A DNA stretch of 64,000 nt from Tubiluchus corallicola (lineage: Eukaryota > Animalia > Priapulida): the NCBI GenBank assembly GCA_030141605.1, contig JAQGDQ010000592.1, positions 62,001 to 126,000 of the forward strand, given 5' to 3'. Below are positions 10,401 through 22,200 of this stretch, in pieces. Numbering within the stretch: the first letter of the stretch is position 1; the number at the start of each line of letters is the position of its first letter. Below the pieces are notes generated by a model, which was given only the letters and a program-made list of their open reading frames with translations, was not told the DNA's origin and did no database searches. The translations under genes and the position numbers were made by a program.

Positions 10401-13213
10401 AAGGGCAGCTAATGAACCAATATCTTATTGGATTGAATCACATGGAACAGAATTCCGACGCAGTCGAGAACATCTCTTGAAGACAAGAGAAGTGCATAAA
10501 CCTGTGCCACCTAAGGTCCCAGTGACTATTGCACCTAGAATTACAGATCACACATCAGAGCAACAAACACAAGCAAGATGAACAGATTCAATGTGGTGAT
10601 AGAAGCAGCAAAGTTAGTGGTAGCATTATAAAAAAACCTGCAAGATTCCTTGAAGAATTTTGAACTGTATATGCATCATATAATTGAGTTTTGCGCTGAT
10701 TGAACTTTGAGCTGTTTAAAATGTTTGTTACTGCCAATATTGTATTACAATGTTTTGAACGTTTTGAATTGTGAAGTTTCACGTTTAGTTTTGTGGTATC
10801 CTGATAACATTTTAAGTAACTGGTCATTACTATTAAGTTAAAATGTTGCAGACAATCCTAATTTGAATTTACAGTTTTCGTAGTTTCCCTGCTTCATAAT
10901 GAGCATAATGCATATACATCTTATGACTATAGTGTTAAGGCTAATTAATATTTCAATTCTTAAAATGATGATTGAATCTTTTAAAAGGTGTAAGATGTAA
11001 CGGTGCACCTTATTTGTGCTAGATCTTAGATAAACCTGTTAACTGTTTTATGCTTTCGTAGAAGTATCGTTCTAACAACGTGGGTCCTTGTATAATTAGA
11101 TTTATACCTTATCTTAATAAACATTTTGTGAAGTTTCCAACAGAATTGTTTGTGGTGGGTTACATTGAGTGAGATTGCACTTGGACTTAAAATCAAATAA
11201 AGATCAACTAAAATAGCAAGAGTAGAAAGTAAAATAAGATAAAATACAAAATATATGAAATAGTTTTTAGTTAAAATACTAAAAGCACCGAGGGATCAAC
11301 AGAAGGAAACAAAATAAAAATATAGATTAAATAAGGCAACTAAATAAAACTCAGTTTAACAGCTGCCATCATTTCTCCAAATTTTTAATTTTTTTTATAA
11401 GTTCTGATTCAGCAAAAAGCCTGTCAACATGGTCTTTAGCTCTGTAGAGGATGTACAATGGATTTTGTAATGTTCACCACAGGTACGATTCTTGCAGTCC
11501 CTAATGTGCTCCATAAGGCGGTCCCTAACAGGCCATTTGGCTTGACTCACATATATCTCATGGCAAATATTAAAATCTAGTTTATAAATTGCGCAGGTAC
11601 CAGTAAATTGATCCTTTAACCCACAGAGACACACAATACCTACAGGGCAAGAGGTAGGGAGAAGTAAGGAAGAGACAAGAGATTACTCTTGAGGGTATTA
11701 ATGTTATTCTGTATTTTTAAACTGCCATAAATTTTGTAAACCTCAGTTTCAGGTTACTAGCACTTCTATCCATGTATGTTAATTTATTCTTTTTGCTTTC
11801 ATTTATTAATTTTTATTCTGGCAAAAACCAATTATATAGTTCTGTGTTTTTTTTATGCAGTCATTTATACTCTTTCTCTAACTTAGTATATTTCAAACCA
11901 ATGTTATTTAGCTTCAATTTTGTATTTGATGTTCTTACATTAGCACATATTGTTTTAACATTTTATGAGGCCCAACATTAGCTATTGAATAAATATTGTA
12001 ATCTTTGACAGGGCATTACGTTTATATCTGTTAAGTTTTCTTTTCTTTTTGTTTAAAAGTCTGTCTACTAAAAACTGAGGATGTATTTGATTTAAAATGA
12101 AAATGTAGTGATTAAAGACTACTGAAATTATTGGAATGGAAAGCCAAACAGTTATCTGTTAATAATGAATAGTCTTTCTTAGTGAATAATAGCTAACATG
12201 TTTTTGCAGACGAAGAAGTGTTGTTAGAGTATTTACTAGGAAACAACATTCATCTACCTCTCCTGGTACCATATTTGCACTCACTAGCTGCTTTTCTCGT
12301 GTTTAGTGATATTCCCACTCATGGCCAACTTGCTCAAATACACACTGAAGGTAAGATCTTATTGTTAATTATTATATGTGTAGAATTAATGTAAATTGCT
12401 ATTCATATGGTAAATATAATGAGTATTAGGGGCCCATATTCAAAGTTTAGGAACTTTTGTTAAATTTTAGCTCTGTTTTCTATTCTCATAGTTTTGTAGT
12501 TGAGTAAATAAATGTGTGGTACACAGTTGATTTTCAAGATCATGGCAAATAGGTATCATTTAATTATGAAAGAAATTCTAAAACAACCATTTTTTTAAAA
12601 AAATTATCAAGATTTTGAGGATGTAATTGTAAATGAAATTTAAGTAGACAAACATGAGGGAAAAGTTTTTAAAACGACTGAAATCTTTCTACACTTTAGA
12701 TTTCCTTATATCCTTGAATAATATGACAAATAATATACAAATCCAGTTGGTTTTAGCAATAAACTTATTCAAAAACATCCACTGATAGACAGAATGTGGA
12801 AAAATAATTCTTAAATCAGAGGTTTGTTATGCCCCGTGTCATGCTACGTTGTTTTGCAACTCTGTAAAAAAAGTAATGTTTTTGTAGTTTTTTTTGTAAA
12901 AGTTTAAGATTTTGCTTTAGAGATCGTCAAAAAGTAATAGTTGAACCACGTCATCTAATGCATTACATTAAAACTCATGGCAATTCTTCGTCATTGATGT
13001 CTGTTTGTGTTTTCATCATGTTGAAGCTACAAATATTTACAAATTGAAAAACTAAGGCAATGTGAAATATGCAGGATGTTCAGATTTTGAAATTAATTAT
13101 TTTCAGGAAAGCCCAGTCTTCCTGAACTAGTTCTGCGATTGCAATCTTTTCATTTGCCGATTAGTACTGTGATGAAGTTACTGGCGATTATACATTCACA
13201 ATCTAGTTCGTGA
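1259..13213 (+). CDS. ANAPC1: Anaphase-promoting complex subunit 1 (APC1), 3' part (14 coding exons; 5' end lies upstream of window)
   Basis: GT-AG exons 1259-1443, 2797-3539, 4296-4441, 4663-4749, 5221-5338, 5618-5695, 6147-6214, 6758-6833, 6991-7053, 7889-7975, 8209-8313, 8493-8655, 12210-12350, 13107-13213 join in frame (~721 aa, TGA 13211-13213). Recognisable APC1 motifs: LLPPTSTELD, EIGRPPGPEME, DRESYSLAAGLALG, MAGTGNL, HMALGLLFLG, DNRYHLQALRHLYVLAVEPR, GQLSYEEDP. Confidence 0.96.
2797..3539 (+). CDS. ANAPC1: ANAPC1 large exon (GRPPGPEME...LSLAM), PC repeats
   Basis: ttgcag acceptor, GTAAAT donor at 3540; ORF 2766..3581. Confidence 0.96.
3911..4223. mobile_element. Small insertion with internal inverted repeat and 12-bp target-site duplication (possibly a Penelope-type pLTR remnant or MITE)
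   Basis: ATTACTTTAATA directly repeated at 3911-3922 and 4212-4223; ~3920-3972 (atactaag...tttattcaaatacaaatat) is an imperfect inverted copy of ~4121-4175. Confidence 0.55.
4296..4441 (+). CDS. ANAPC1: ANAPC1 exon (VMAGTGNL...LLFLGAGK)
   Basis: ttcag acceptor, GTAAG donor; in frame with neighbours. Confidence 0.93.
4663..4749 (+). CDS. ANAPC1: ANAPC1 exon (FTLGTSDTAIAAMLCAFFPKFPSHSNDNR)
   Basis: ccag acceptor, GT donor; conserved motif. Confidence 0.92.
5221..5338 (+). CDS. ANAPC1: ANAPC1 exon (YHLQALRHLYVLAVEPR...IKFK)
   Basis: tttcag acceptor, GTAAG donor; hallmark APC1 motif. Confidence 0.94.
5618..5695 (+). CDS. ANAPC1: ANAPC1 exon (DTEFYKDEKYLCTAPCILPGLHLLKE)
   Basis: tttag acceptor, GTATG donor; matches APxLLPxLHLLK motif. 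Confidence 0.9.
6147..6214 (+). CDS. ANAPC1: ANAPC1 exon (LSVKDDRYWNVTF...)
   Basis: ttgcag acceptor, GTAAAT donor; VKxxRYW motif. Confidence 0.88.
6758..6833 (+). CDS. ANAPC1: ANAPC1 exon (NALTKDGSLFVKQKAGQLSYEEDPK)
   Basis: tttcag acceptor, GTGATG donor. Confidence 0.92.
6991..7053 (+). CDS. ANAPC1: ANAPC1 exon (GYRTLLAQSLTSEISSGWLMK)
   Basis: ctcaag acceptor, GTAAT donor; in frame. Confidence 0.88.
7889..7975 (+). CDS. ANAPC1: ANAPC1 exon (AADIKCLCSDVQLLTFAEFFC...)
   Basis: catag acceptor, GTAAT donor; SDxxLLxFAEYFC-like motif. Confidence 0.88.
8209..8313 (+). CDS. ANAPC1: ANAPC1 exon (HCLEKDTQQ...LHECATHEK...)
   Basis: tttcag acceptor, GTATGT donor; LYECVTxE-like motif. Confidence 0.86.
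8493..8655 (+). CDS. ANAPC1: ANAPC1 exon (AAQRIHEQ...IWQLKLLL...)
   Basis: caacag acceptor, GTAAG donor; LWQIKL-like motif. Confidence 0.86.
9266..9310 (-). ncRNA. Minimal type I hammerhead ribozyme-like motif (Penelope pLTR type)
   Basis: Minus strand: UUUUAG-CUGAUGA-G-GCCC(CCUA)GGGC-GAA-AGCU-A-CUGAA: core boxes CUGAUGA and GAAA, GC-rich stem II (one extra G), palindromic AGCU stem III, stem I UUUAG/CUGAA. Confidence 0.65.
9388..11142 (+). mobile_element. Degenerate Ty3/Gypsy LTR retrotransposon fragment (RT, internal deletion, post-integrase region, probable 3' LTR)
   Basis: Broken ORFs 9388-9615, 9652-9858, 9863-10123, 10258-10581 with RT motifs (PTEWVSS, LRICVD, FSVLDAxSAF, TPFGxYKF, IDDILVWG) and a YDKxARxLxPL...FRRSREHL tail; TG...CA segment 10989-11142 with AATAAA after a weak purine tract. 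Confidence 0.85.
11395..11634 (-). pseudogene. GIY-YIG endonuclease remnant of a Penelope-like element
   Basis: AIYKLDxxICHEIYVSQAKWPVRDRLMEH...CGEHY matches the PLE pattern VYxIxCxxCxxxYVGQTxRxLxxRxxEH. Confidence 0.72.
12210..12350 (+). CDS. ANAPC1: ANAPC1 penultimate exon (EEVLLEYLLG...LAAFLVFSDIP...)
   Basis: ttttgcag acceptor, GTAAG donor; LAxFLVxxxIP motif; phase fits. Confidence 0.85.
13107..13213 (+). CDS. ANAPC1: ANAPC1 last coding exon (GKPSLPELVLRLQ...QSSS*)
   Basis: tttcag acceptor; TGA 13211-13213; AATAAA at ~13280. Confidence 0.85.
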
Positions 13214-14936
13214 GTTATATTTTCAGGTAACTGATAATTGATGTTGCATCGTCATTACCGTAAATTATGCAACACGTGGAATAAAGCCAATTTGCAGAAT
13301 TCTTTAAATGTTTCTTCATAATTGCATTACGTGGCAGTTTGGTGCTTGTGATGTGCAAAACAGCTAACTCATTCATTTTTTGTTATCAGGAAGGTCATTC
13401 TAGATCCTGTTGATTAGCCTATGTCAAGGTAACAATTTATTGCTGTAAATCCTTGTGTTATTTTCTCGTTGAAAGAAGGACATTGATCAAGACATGCATA
13501 GAAGAAAATGAACTTGCTTGTGGTTTATTACGCTTCCATTCTCTAAGTAATACCTGAATAATGAATGGTGGAACATCTTCGTGTTCACACTACAAAAAGA
13601 GGACCGAGGCATCATCAAGCATGATATTCATACTCTTAATCTATGAAAGTGAACAGTCTTAATCTTCTAGTTGTTTTTGAAACATATTTTTGCTTGAGAA
13701 TTTTGATAAGTACCAGGAATGCAGCCATCCATTCCACCTACCATAATGGAAGTTGGTGTCAGAATCAGCAAGCATTTTTTGCTAGCTTTCTATAGTTAAT
13801 CTATCTTTCACAGTCATACAAATTCAATTTTAACTATTATAGCAGCAACACTTCGATGTACATAAGATAAAAACAAAAAACGTTTTATTTTAAATAATTA
13901 TTATTCATTGCTTGTATCTTCAATGTCTTTTTACTATAATGTGTTTTGAAAGTGGAAGGTGTGCTAAATTTTCAGTATTATAATATAAAACACAAAAATG
14001 GTCACAAGCCATCTTAATCTTTAATTTTTGGTCATTAGTGCAAAAGAAGAAAGGTTTCCATAGTGACTGTCAAACTTTATATCAAAATATGATTATATCT
14101 TAAACTGACTAAGTGCTAGAATTTAACAAGAATTTGGGCTCTGACTAAACCAATTTAAATCCTTTTATTTCAGGCTGTGGTATTTAAAATAATTAATATT
14201 CAGCAGATGTTTCCCATATTTTTCAGTTTTTCCAGAATATGCACAAGACATTTGCAAGTGAGGATTAATCGCACATTAACATGTTTAGGGTTTTGTTTTT
14301 GACCTGTCTTGGCTAAATAACTACATTAACACCAAGTGGCAATGCAGAATATTATGGTGTGTCAAAATCGAAGTCTTCATCTATGGCCAACTCAACCAGG
14401 TTCACTAGTTGAAACAACTACTCTCTGAACATAATTAAAAACAACAAATTCTGCAGAAGTCGTTTTATTGTTGCAAATGCCTTGTTGACACAAAATTCAT
14501 ATTAAACATGCACAAAACATGTTCAAAGCAGCACAGTGCTAGACAACAGTACACAGACATCAAAATATTACTGAAGCAAATCTGGATGAATACGTCTTTT
14601 CCAATTTTATTAGCATTCATTTAGAGTCGAGATACAGGCAGTGAAATGAAATGCCTCTAGAAAACGAAGAACTGTGAGTAATTGCTGAATTGCGACAAAA
14701 CTTATAAATTTTCACTTTGAAATTAAACTTTAACAGCTACATTAGAACCTCTGGGTTTATAAAATCGAACATGTACACAATGTCATGTTAAAAAGTTGTG
14801 AAGTTTAAAACTGTAAGGACATTTCCGTTACAAGAAAATAACAAATGCTATTTATATCTTGTCACCTGTTCCTATAACTGTAACTAGACAAATTCTGCTC
14901 TAGCATTGAAAACAATTTTTGCTGTTTAGAATACGA

Positions 14937-14961
14937 ATATATATATATATATATATATATA
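14937..14961. repeat. (TA)n microsatellite
   Basis: ~12 perfect AT units. Confidence 0.9.
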
Positions 14962-15987
14962 ACAGCTATCATTCAAAACTGTGATAATTATAAATATGAA
15001 AAAAACTAACACCTGCAGACATAACTAATGACTAGCAAAGTAAGTTTTTACCCACTGGCGGTCTTCTTACTGTTTTCTTAAACTCAGTAACAAAAGAGTG
15101 CAGATGTTATGAAGACTGAAGATTAACAATTGTTGGAAAATTAAAAAGGACTGTGAGAATTTCTAAATATCTTCCAGTGTTCTCTAATCAAGTGTGGAAA
15201 GAACAGCGCACTAAATAAGATCATCTAATTAATTCTGCTTAGCAATCATATTTATGTACATTTTATTTCATTTACATTTCTATCTGGTTAATATATGTAC
15301 AATCTACATTACAATTTCTTCTTTGGTATATTTCATTTTCTAATTTAATATAATATAACCTTTGTTTTTTTATCACAATTCATTTTTACCTCCACAAATA
15401 ATTGCTAATCAGTTACCCTGTGCTGTTCCTGTTACAGTTTAGGTAAAGTAAGCCTACACAACAATTAAGTGGAATCATTAAATGAAAATTGCTTCATCTA
15501 CAAATAAAGAAGCCAACAAGATTATGCATCAAAGTATGTTAGCTACTACGTAATTTCATTTTCTTTTGTTCTTTTTAACTTTATTGAACAAATAGACGTT
15601 CAGAAATGTGCAAAGCAAAACACAGTCTGCCAAATGCATTCTCTAATGCCGAGTGGTAAGCCATCGCTGCTTCTGTCCAAGTTGCTTGGCTGCATAGTTA
15701 TAGCATCAGTTCTTTCTATTAACTCCAAACAAGCCCTGGGTACGGGATGCTTTTACAACTATCCTTAATGACACAAACTTGCCTTGGTGTAACCTTGTCT
15801 TATCTACAAACTTGGTTTGTACCTCAAATATATTTATTTATGGCAGATGTGATCATAATGCTCCGACATTTACCACAACTTTATTTTCTTCCCTGTAAAT
15901 AATAAATATTTATTACACTTGAAACCCCAATAAATTCTTGCAACGGTTGAATAATTTTTGTAAAAAAACAGAACAATGCTAAATAAT

Positions 15988-16208
15988 TTACCTAGATTCG
16001 TAAAATTTATTAGACCTGTGCCGCACATCATAGTAATGCCTAGCGGGACGAGGGGACAATTCAAAGCCTCTGTTGTGCATCTCTTCACGCTCTGCTTCTA
16101 TTTCTCTTCGCCTTTCATCTTTGTCCATCTCAAATATTAGTGACATATGTTGGGGTGAACAGGCGTCTATAATTGCTATAATAGCACCGACAAATATGCA
16201 TAACGTAC
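15988..16208 (-). CDS. DUOXA: DUOXA last coding exon (GTLCIFVGAII...NKFYESR*)
   Basis: ttttcag acceptor; last TM plus charged tail; TAA at 15990-15988. Confidence 0.87.
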
Positions 16209-19200
16209 CTGAAAAGAGATTTCATAAATTCATAATTTATTTAATGTCAAATGCATCTCTTTTAAGTTTAGCTATTTTAAATTTTGCTTTAGATGATTCT
16301 TTCATAACTGAATTTGAAGCATGATGATTTAAAGGATTTTAGAGAAAACTGGTGACATAGAAGGCAATATTTTAGGATGACCAGTGAATTCAGAAGTAAT
16401 CAAGCAGTGTGACAAGGAAAGTTTGGATGCTTAGTGCCTTTGCTTAGTGCCTTTAATTTCAGTTAAGATATGTTGACCAAGCAAACAAGATTAAGGCTAG
16501 AAAAGAATAACAATATTGCTTATTTTCTCAAAGGTTTAACAAATGGCGGCATCAGCTTAATTTCAATTACAAATTTTACAATTTTTGGAGCACAACTCAA
16601 TGAAATCTCTAGAATTTTCTTCAGACTGTAACTTGTTAATTGTTAGTTATTATTCAATATGTTAAAAAAATAAGAAATTTTGAACATGTTTTTCATTACT
16701 GTGTTACACATACAAAACATTTTTTTACAACCGTAATATGATAAAATTATGATGAACAAACTTTCGCAAGCAGTGTGAAAAACCCACAAGTTTGCATTGC
16801 CATGTGGAAATTTTTTTCTAATACTCACGGTAACTTGTGTCGGAACCCCCATATTTTTTGTGCATTTGCTAAACTTGTTTGAACTTTTATTATGGGTCAT
16901 TATATAGCAAAAGTGAAAAAGTGACCTTCAGCTGCTGTCAAATCCATTTGCAAACAGAAAGATAAATTTGCATTCTTTTGGTTAAAAAATGCCACAAGCT
17001 AAGCAGCAGGCACTTATGAAATCAATTTTACATTAGTAAAGGGGACAAATTTGGCTCTCACCTGTTGCCATCACTAACCAGTAGCACCATCCAAATTTGA
17101 ACTTCAGCACCTCTTTGTCAAAATGTATTTCTAAATCATACTTAGGTAGCAGCAGGTAATATAGTCCATTTGTCAGAAGTAGAACAACTCCTGTTAATAT
17201 CATACTGTATGCTCCATATCTCATTACCATACAGAATAGAACATTTCCAACTAACCATATTGCAAATGCAGTCCTAAAAGAGATGTTCTATATTGAAATT
17301 GCACTTGTTTAAATCAACTTTTTAATTGCCCTTCTTTGATAATTTGAATAGCAGTTAAAATTGGATTCTCTGCTGTTGCTGCTGAATACTGAAAACATTT
17401 TTCAGAAATTGCTTTTACAACTGTCAATTTAAATTATCCGTTGATTATAAATATACGTGTACAGCGATTGGCTTAGAATGCTGAGTATCTGAATTCCAGA
17501 GCAGTAGAAGCATAAAAATGTTCTGGCTTTCTAATATTTTTTCTCACTCGTAAGCAGTTAAGATTTAATTAAGTAGAGCATTTAATTTGGTGAGAATATT
17601 CCACAGATCCTTTGTAAGTATGTTATTCAGTATCAAAAATAATATAAATACCATATTACTATTAAAATCATCATGCACAACGTTATTAAAATTAGAATGA
17701 GATTTGAACTTTATGCAGCGAGCAAGCTCACGAATTGTACATAACTAAAATCTACCAAAACTTTAAAGTACTTTAACTTTTTGGAAGCTGTTTATTTCTC
17801 AAAGCTTTTCAGAAACTGTTTACTGTGTGGAAAAATTTTTATGAACAAAAAACCTAGACGGAAAATTCAGCTAAAATATTCGTCTGACATAAAACACATT
17901 ATTCTACAAACACTTGTTGTGTGCTAATTTTATATTTCGTTTGTATGCAGAATGAATTTAATTTAAGAAGTCCAAAAGATACTTCAAAATATTAATTATA
18001 CACGAGAAATAAGTGCAACGTGATTGTTATTGTAATATTATAACGGTACAATTAAAAAACACAATTAACAAAGTCAAGAAGTGTAAAAATCTTGCTTTTC
18101 AAAGCAGCAAACTTTTGAGAGAATCTGAGAAGTTGTTTTTTAAATTTGGAACTTTTCCAAGCAATCAGGTTGTCTGATTTTGCACTGGGAAATGCTTGTC
18201 ACATGCCTCTGCGTGCTACGAAAGTGGCGTGAAAGCAGGCTTATCCAAACTCTTAATGATAATTTAAGCATGGGAAATTTTCTCTCTTACAGTAATTAAT
18301 ACTACTAATTATGACTGTACTTGCCAGAGCATCATGTATGAATAATATCCTGCCGATCTGTAGCACCGTCCCCAAACAAATCCTTCCCTATCCACACTGA
18401 AATGTTCGGCTACAGTTAAAATAGGGTAAGGTAAGCCTTTTACTAAAGCTTCTTTGTGACCATATTTGGCGTCTTCCACTGCAAAAAACATATTATGAGG
18501 CATACACATTTTGATTTTAAAAAACATAATTAAAATTTTGCAATAGCAAAATCTTGTTAATTCACATAGTTGTTAATCCTCGATATAGGAGCCAAAATGT
18601 GGAAATCAGCGCCGGTATTACTTCACATCTTCTCATAGGGCCTTTCAGTTCTTTCAATTTTTTTTCACAAGTATTTAGGTATTGTAAGGTAGATGTGCCT
18701 TTTGGGTTTTAAAAAGCTGGGATTCCTTAGGACCCGAGATAGCATGCAAAGCCAGAAAATGGTAGTTTTTCCTCCTGCAGTTTTTGAATTAGCGCCAACT
18801 AGAGTGGCCCAAGTTTTTACGAATGGCTGAATAGTGAATATAGGTCATTTGGATAATGAAAAAAAATTACGCTAGGGAGAAAAACTTAAAATAAGTGGGT
18901 CGGCTTAGATCTGTTTCCAGACTTCAAGAATAGTGGCTTGTGGTGCGTCCGAGGTCTCAATGAGACAAATTTAATCGTATAAATTATGCCGACATTGGTG
19001 GAACTGTGACCTCACTAGGGGCAAAATAGGGGTCGAGGAAACAAATATCAATCGAAACTAGCCTGCAGAACATCAAATGAAATGTTCGATGAATTGAATC
19101 TTATAAGTTGACAGGCGATTGGTTGATCTTTGACCGATGGGTCACGCATTGAAAAGTTACAAGTTGTGATTTTATTATGAAATGTAGTTCCTAAGTAGTC

Positions 19201-22200
19201 AAGCAATTCAAATTCAATAAAATCCAAATTATAAATTTTAAACAAAAGGCAGTTATCTTTTCAAGGCCTAATTCTGTAACTAGGATTGTTTACAAAATTT
19301 TCATTTTCTGCAAACGTCAGAAAATTGTCAACTAGTTTTAAAGTATTGTATTATAAAAAAAGTAACATATTATAGCAAACAGACAACTTGAAACTCTGTT
19401 CTAAAGCACCGGTGAGCCAATTCTGCAAAAACTTATATGGATAAAGCTTTGATAAAAATTGTGGCCATCTACACGACAATAACTGCAAAACGACAGCTGT
19501 AAGTTCTGCAGTTTACAAGATTTCCACCACATAAACGTTAAAAATGTTTAGCTCCTTACACGTTAAAAACAAACTTAAAATTTAGAAAATGTCGTAACTG
19601 TTCATTGTTAACAAAAGAACTGAATATGAGCGTCCCATCTTCCCTAGTTTAACCTTGACGGCCTATATTTGTAATGTCCTTGACATCTAAGACATAAAAC
19701 ACTTGCTCTTCCCGGCGTCGAATGACAATTTGATAGGAAGATTGATGACATTCGCCTTTAATTAAGGTGATAGTCAATTCAGCTGTCTCTTGATTTTCGC
19801 ATTCATTTTTCTCTCAATAAAAGGTGGTAACTGTCTGAAAAAACCCGCTGCGACACCAATGGTAGTAAAATGGCGCACAAATGTCAAGCAGGCAAATGTA
19901 CACAGATCAGTAGCGTATGCCAAGGCCGCTTCAAAAGACTTGAAAGGACCATGGTGTATGCTAAGGTCCTCGCCTAGGCGACTACTCGGACCATTTTCAT
20001 AAACTTTTGCCGCTATCAGGGGCTACAATATAAAATCTGTAAATAAACCAGAAAAAACGATTTAGTAACATTTATACATGATCAGTTTAAAAAAAACTTA
20101 AGTAAACAATTACATGGGTTTAAATAACATAAGTTAGCCCTGCTAAACTTTGTGAAGCGCTTTATACACGACTCCAGATTATACAGCCTGAGCATATGAT
20201 TGGTCTTTTATTGATTAATACACATGTATGTACATATGTAACGACTAACAAAACGAGATAAAATTAATATTTACTAAATTTTATTTACAATGCATTATTA
20301 TTCACTCCAAAAATCTCTCATTGCTTGAGTGACATTGTGAGAGATTCCTAGACTACAGTGGTGGATGTCCGTCAAAATTTATAAAGTTTGGCAGCAACTT
20401 GTGAGGCTAGAAACTGTGTAAGCCTTTCGTGTAAGTTAGCACGAAAACTGAAAATACCTATACAAGCTATTGCTACGGCACATAAATGCACGTCTTCCTA
20501 ATTCTGCTCCTACAACGCTCTCTCTCTCTCTCGACTTTCTCCTCCGTCCATCTACCGATCTATCTCTCTGTCTATCTATCTAGCTATCTATCCAACTAAC
20601 CAACCAATCGAACGACCTACCGACTTACTTAGCTACCTATCTATCCATTTTTCTCTTACTAGATTCAGTTTCATGTGACCAATCTATTCACAGAAAAATA
20701 GAAAAACAAAAATAAACCCAAACTTAATACAGGCTCCTCCAAAAGAGTGAGAGGGAATGTTATTATTACAATCTGTACAGCAATTACATCAAAAGTGTTT
20801 CCGTGCTCTTCAGCAAATACACTTCCGAAACAAGCCTTTAAAAGCAATGATATAATTTATACTCATGGTCTATCTTGCTCTATGTATCAAACAACTTAAA
20901 CCTTTCTCCCTATCAGCAAAATTTCCCCCTATCCTTAACATCAAATGCGGCTAGTATGTCTCACCAACATCGCTGCTTGGAAAGAGCAAACAGCCACGCA
21001 TTGTGTCTACCTGGTATTCGGACTGAAACGCTGGTTCCGTTGGCCACAAGTCATATCAATGCAAGAGTCGAGGCTTCCTCATCAAACTCTTCCATGAACT
21101 CACAACTGGCGCAAAACAACTCTCAAATAAACAGGAATAAAAGTCAAAAATATTCGAATACCACGCCCAGCAGCATTCCAACTGGCATCAGGCTATCCGC
21201 AACAAAACACAGAACAGAAAAGGTTTGCTTCTAAGTTTATGGAGTAGAACTATTTAATCGGGTTCCTCAAACTGTTCGATAAGCCTAACTGTCACGAATT
21301 TTAAAAAGGCTGTTTTAAGTAGTACATTGAAAAATTTTACTCGAAAGTTACAAATTAATTTCTCGCTTAATTTACTTCAGGATGTGTTTGTTTCAAGCTT
21401 GTAAGCTTAGAATTATATTGAAATGTGCTTACTTGTAAAAGCAGAAATCTAGTTTTTTTGCATATAATTATATGTACTGTATTTTTCTTTTAATCAATTT
21501 GTGTTCAACATTTTTATCAACTGATTAAAAATCTTTTATTTTTTGATTAATTTTGTAACTGCGCGTACAGTTTGTATAGTTTTAATTCATATTTATAAAT
21601 AGTTAGCATTTTTTGTGTTTAGTACACTCGATCTGAATGTAAAGGAGCCTATGGCTCATTCTAGTTATCGAGTTTAAATAAAGATGTTATCTTAACTTAT
21701 CTTTCGAAGTCGAAGAAGAGGAACGACACTGCAACTTAAATTTTCGAATACGAGAAAAGGCCAACTAACGAATTTTTTACCAAAAATTTGCGAGCACGTT
21801 GAAACATGACTTGGTATAAATTCACTCCCAAAAATAAAATTGGCATTATGTAAAATGCCTCGGAAAGTTATATTAGAACAATTGAACATTTGTTTTATTT
21901 TTCGATTAACTAAAATTTATTCATAATTCTATAACAAGCTTAGTAAAAGTATGTTCAGAATCTTAGAATAATTCACTTTGCCTGGGGAAACTTTTGCATA
22001 ATGCCAAGAAAGTATAGAAGAATTATTTTAGACACTTTACTTGGTTTGTTTTTGTCACTCCATAAAATGCCTAGGCATCACATTTTCACATAATTTTATG
22101 CATAAAAAGCAAAACAAACAACATAACCTGGTAGTATGTCAGTAGCTTCATTTTGTTGACAAATTAACGGTCCTAATGCAAAGACAAAAGACAGGACATG

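Larger units (their letters stand above)
9231..12019 (-). mobile_element. Penelope-like retroelement remnant with inverted pLTR copies, interrupted by a Gypsy fragment
   Basis: GIY-YIG-like ORF 11395-11634(-); ~9231-9385 and ~11900-12019 are diverged inverted copies (e.g. atgttcttacatt, gaataaatatt.taatctttga, agggcattac); hammerhead-like core in the left copy. Confidence 0.7.

Noticed and set aside
18570-19045. Possible piggyBac-like MITE (ttaatcctcga ... tcgagga)
   Set aside because: Only ~7 bp of terminal inversion and no matching TTAA at the right end.
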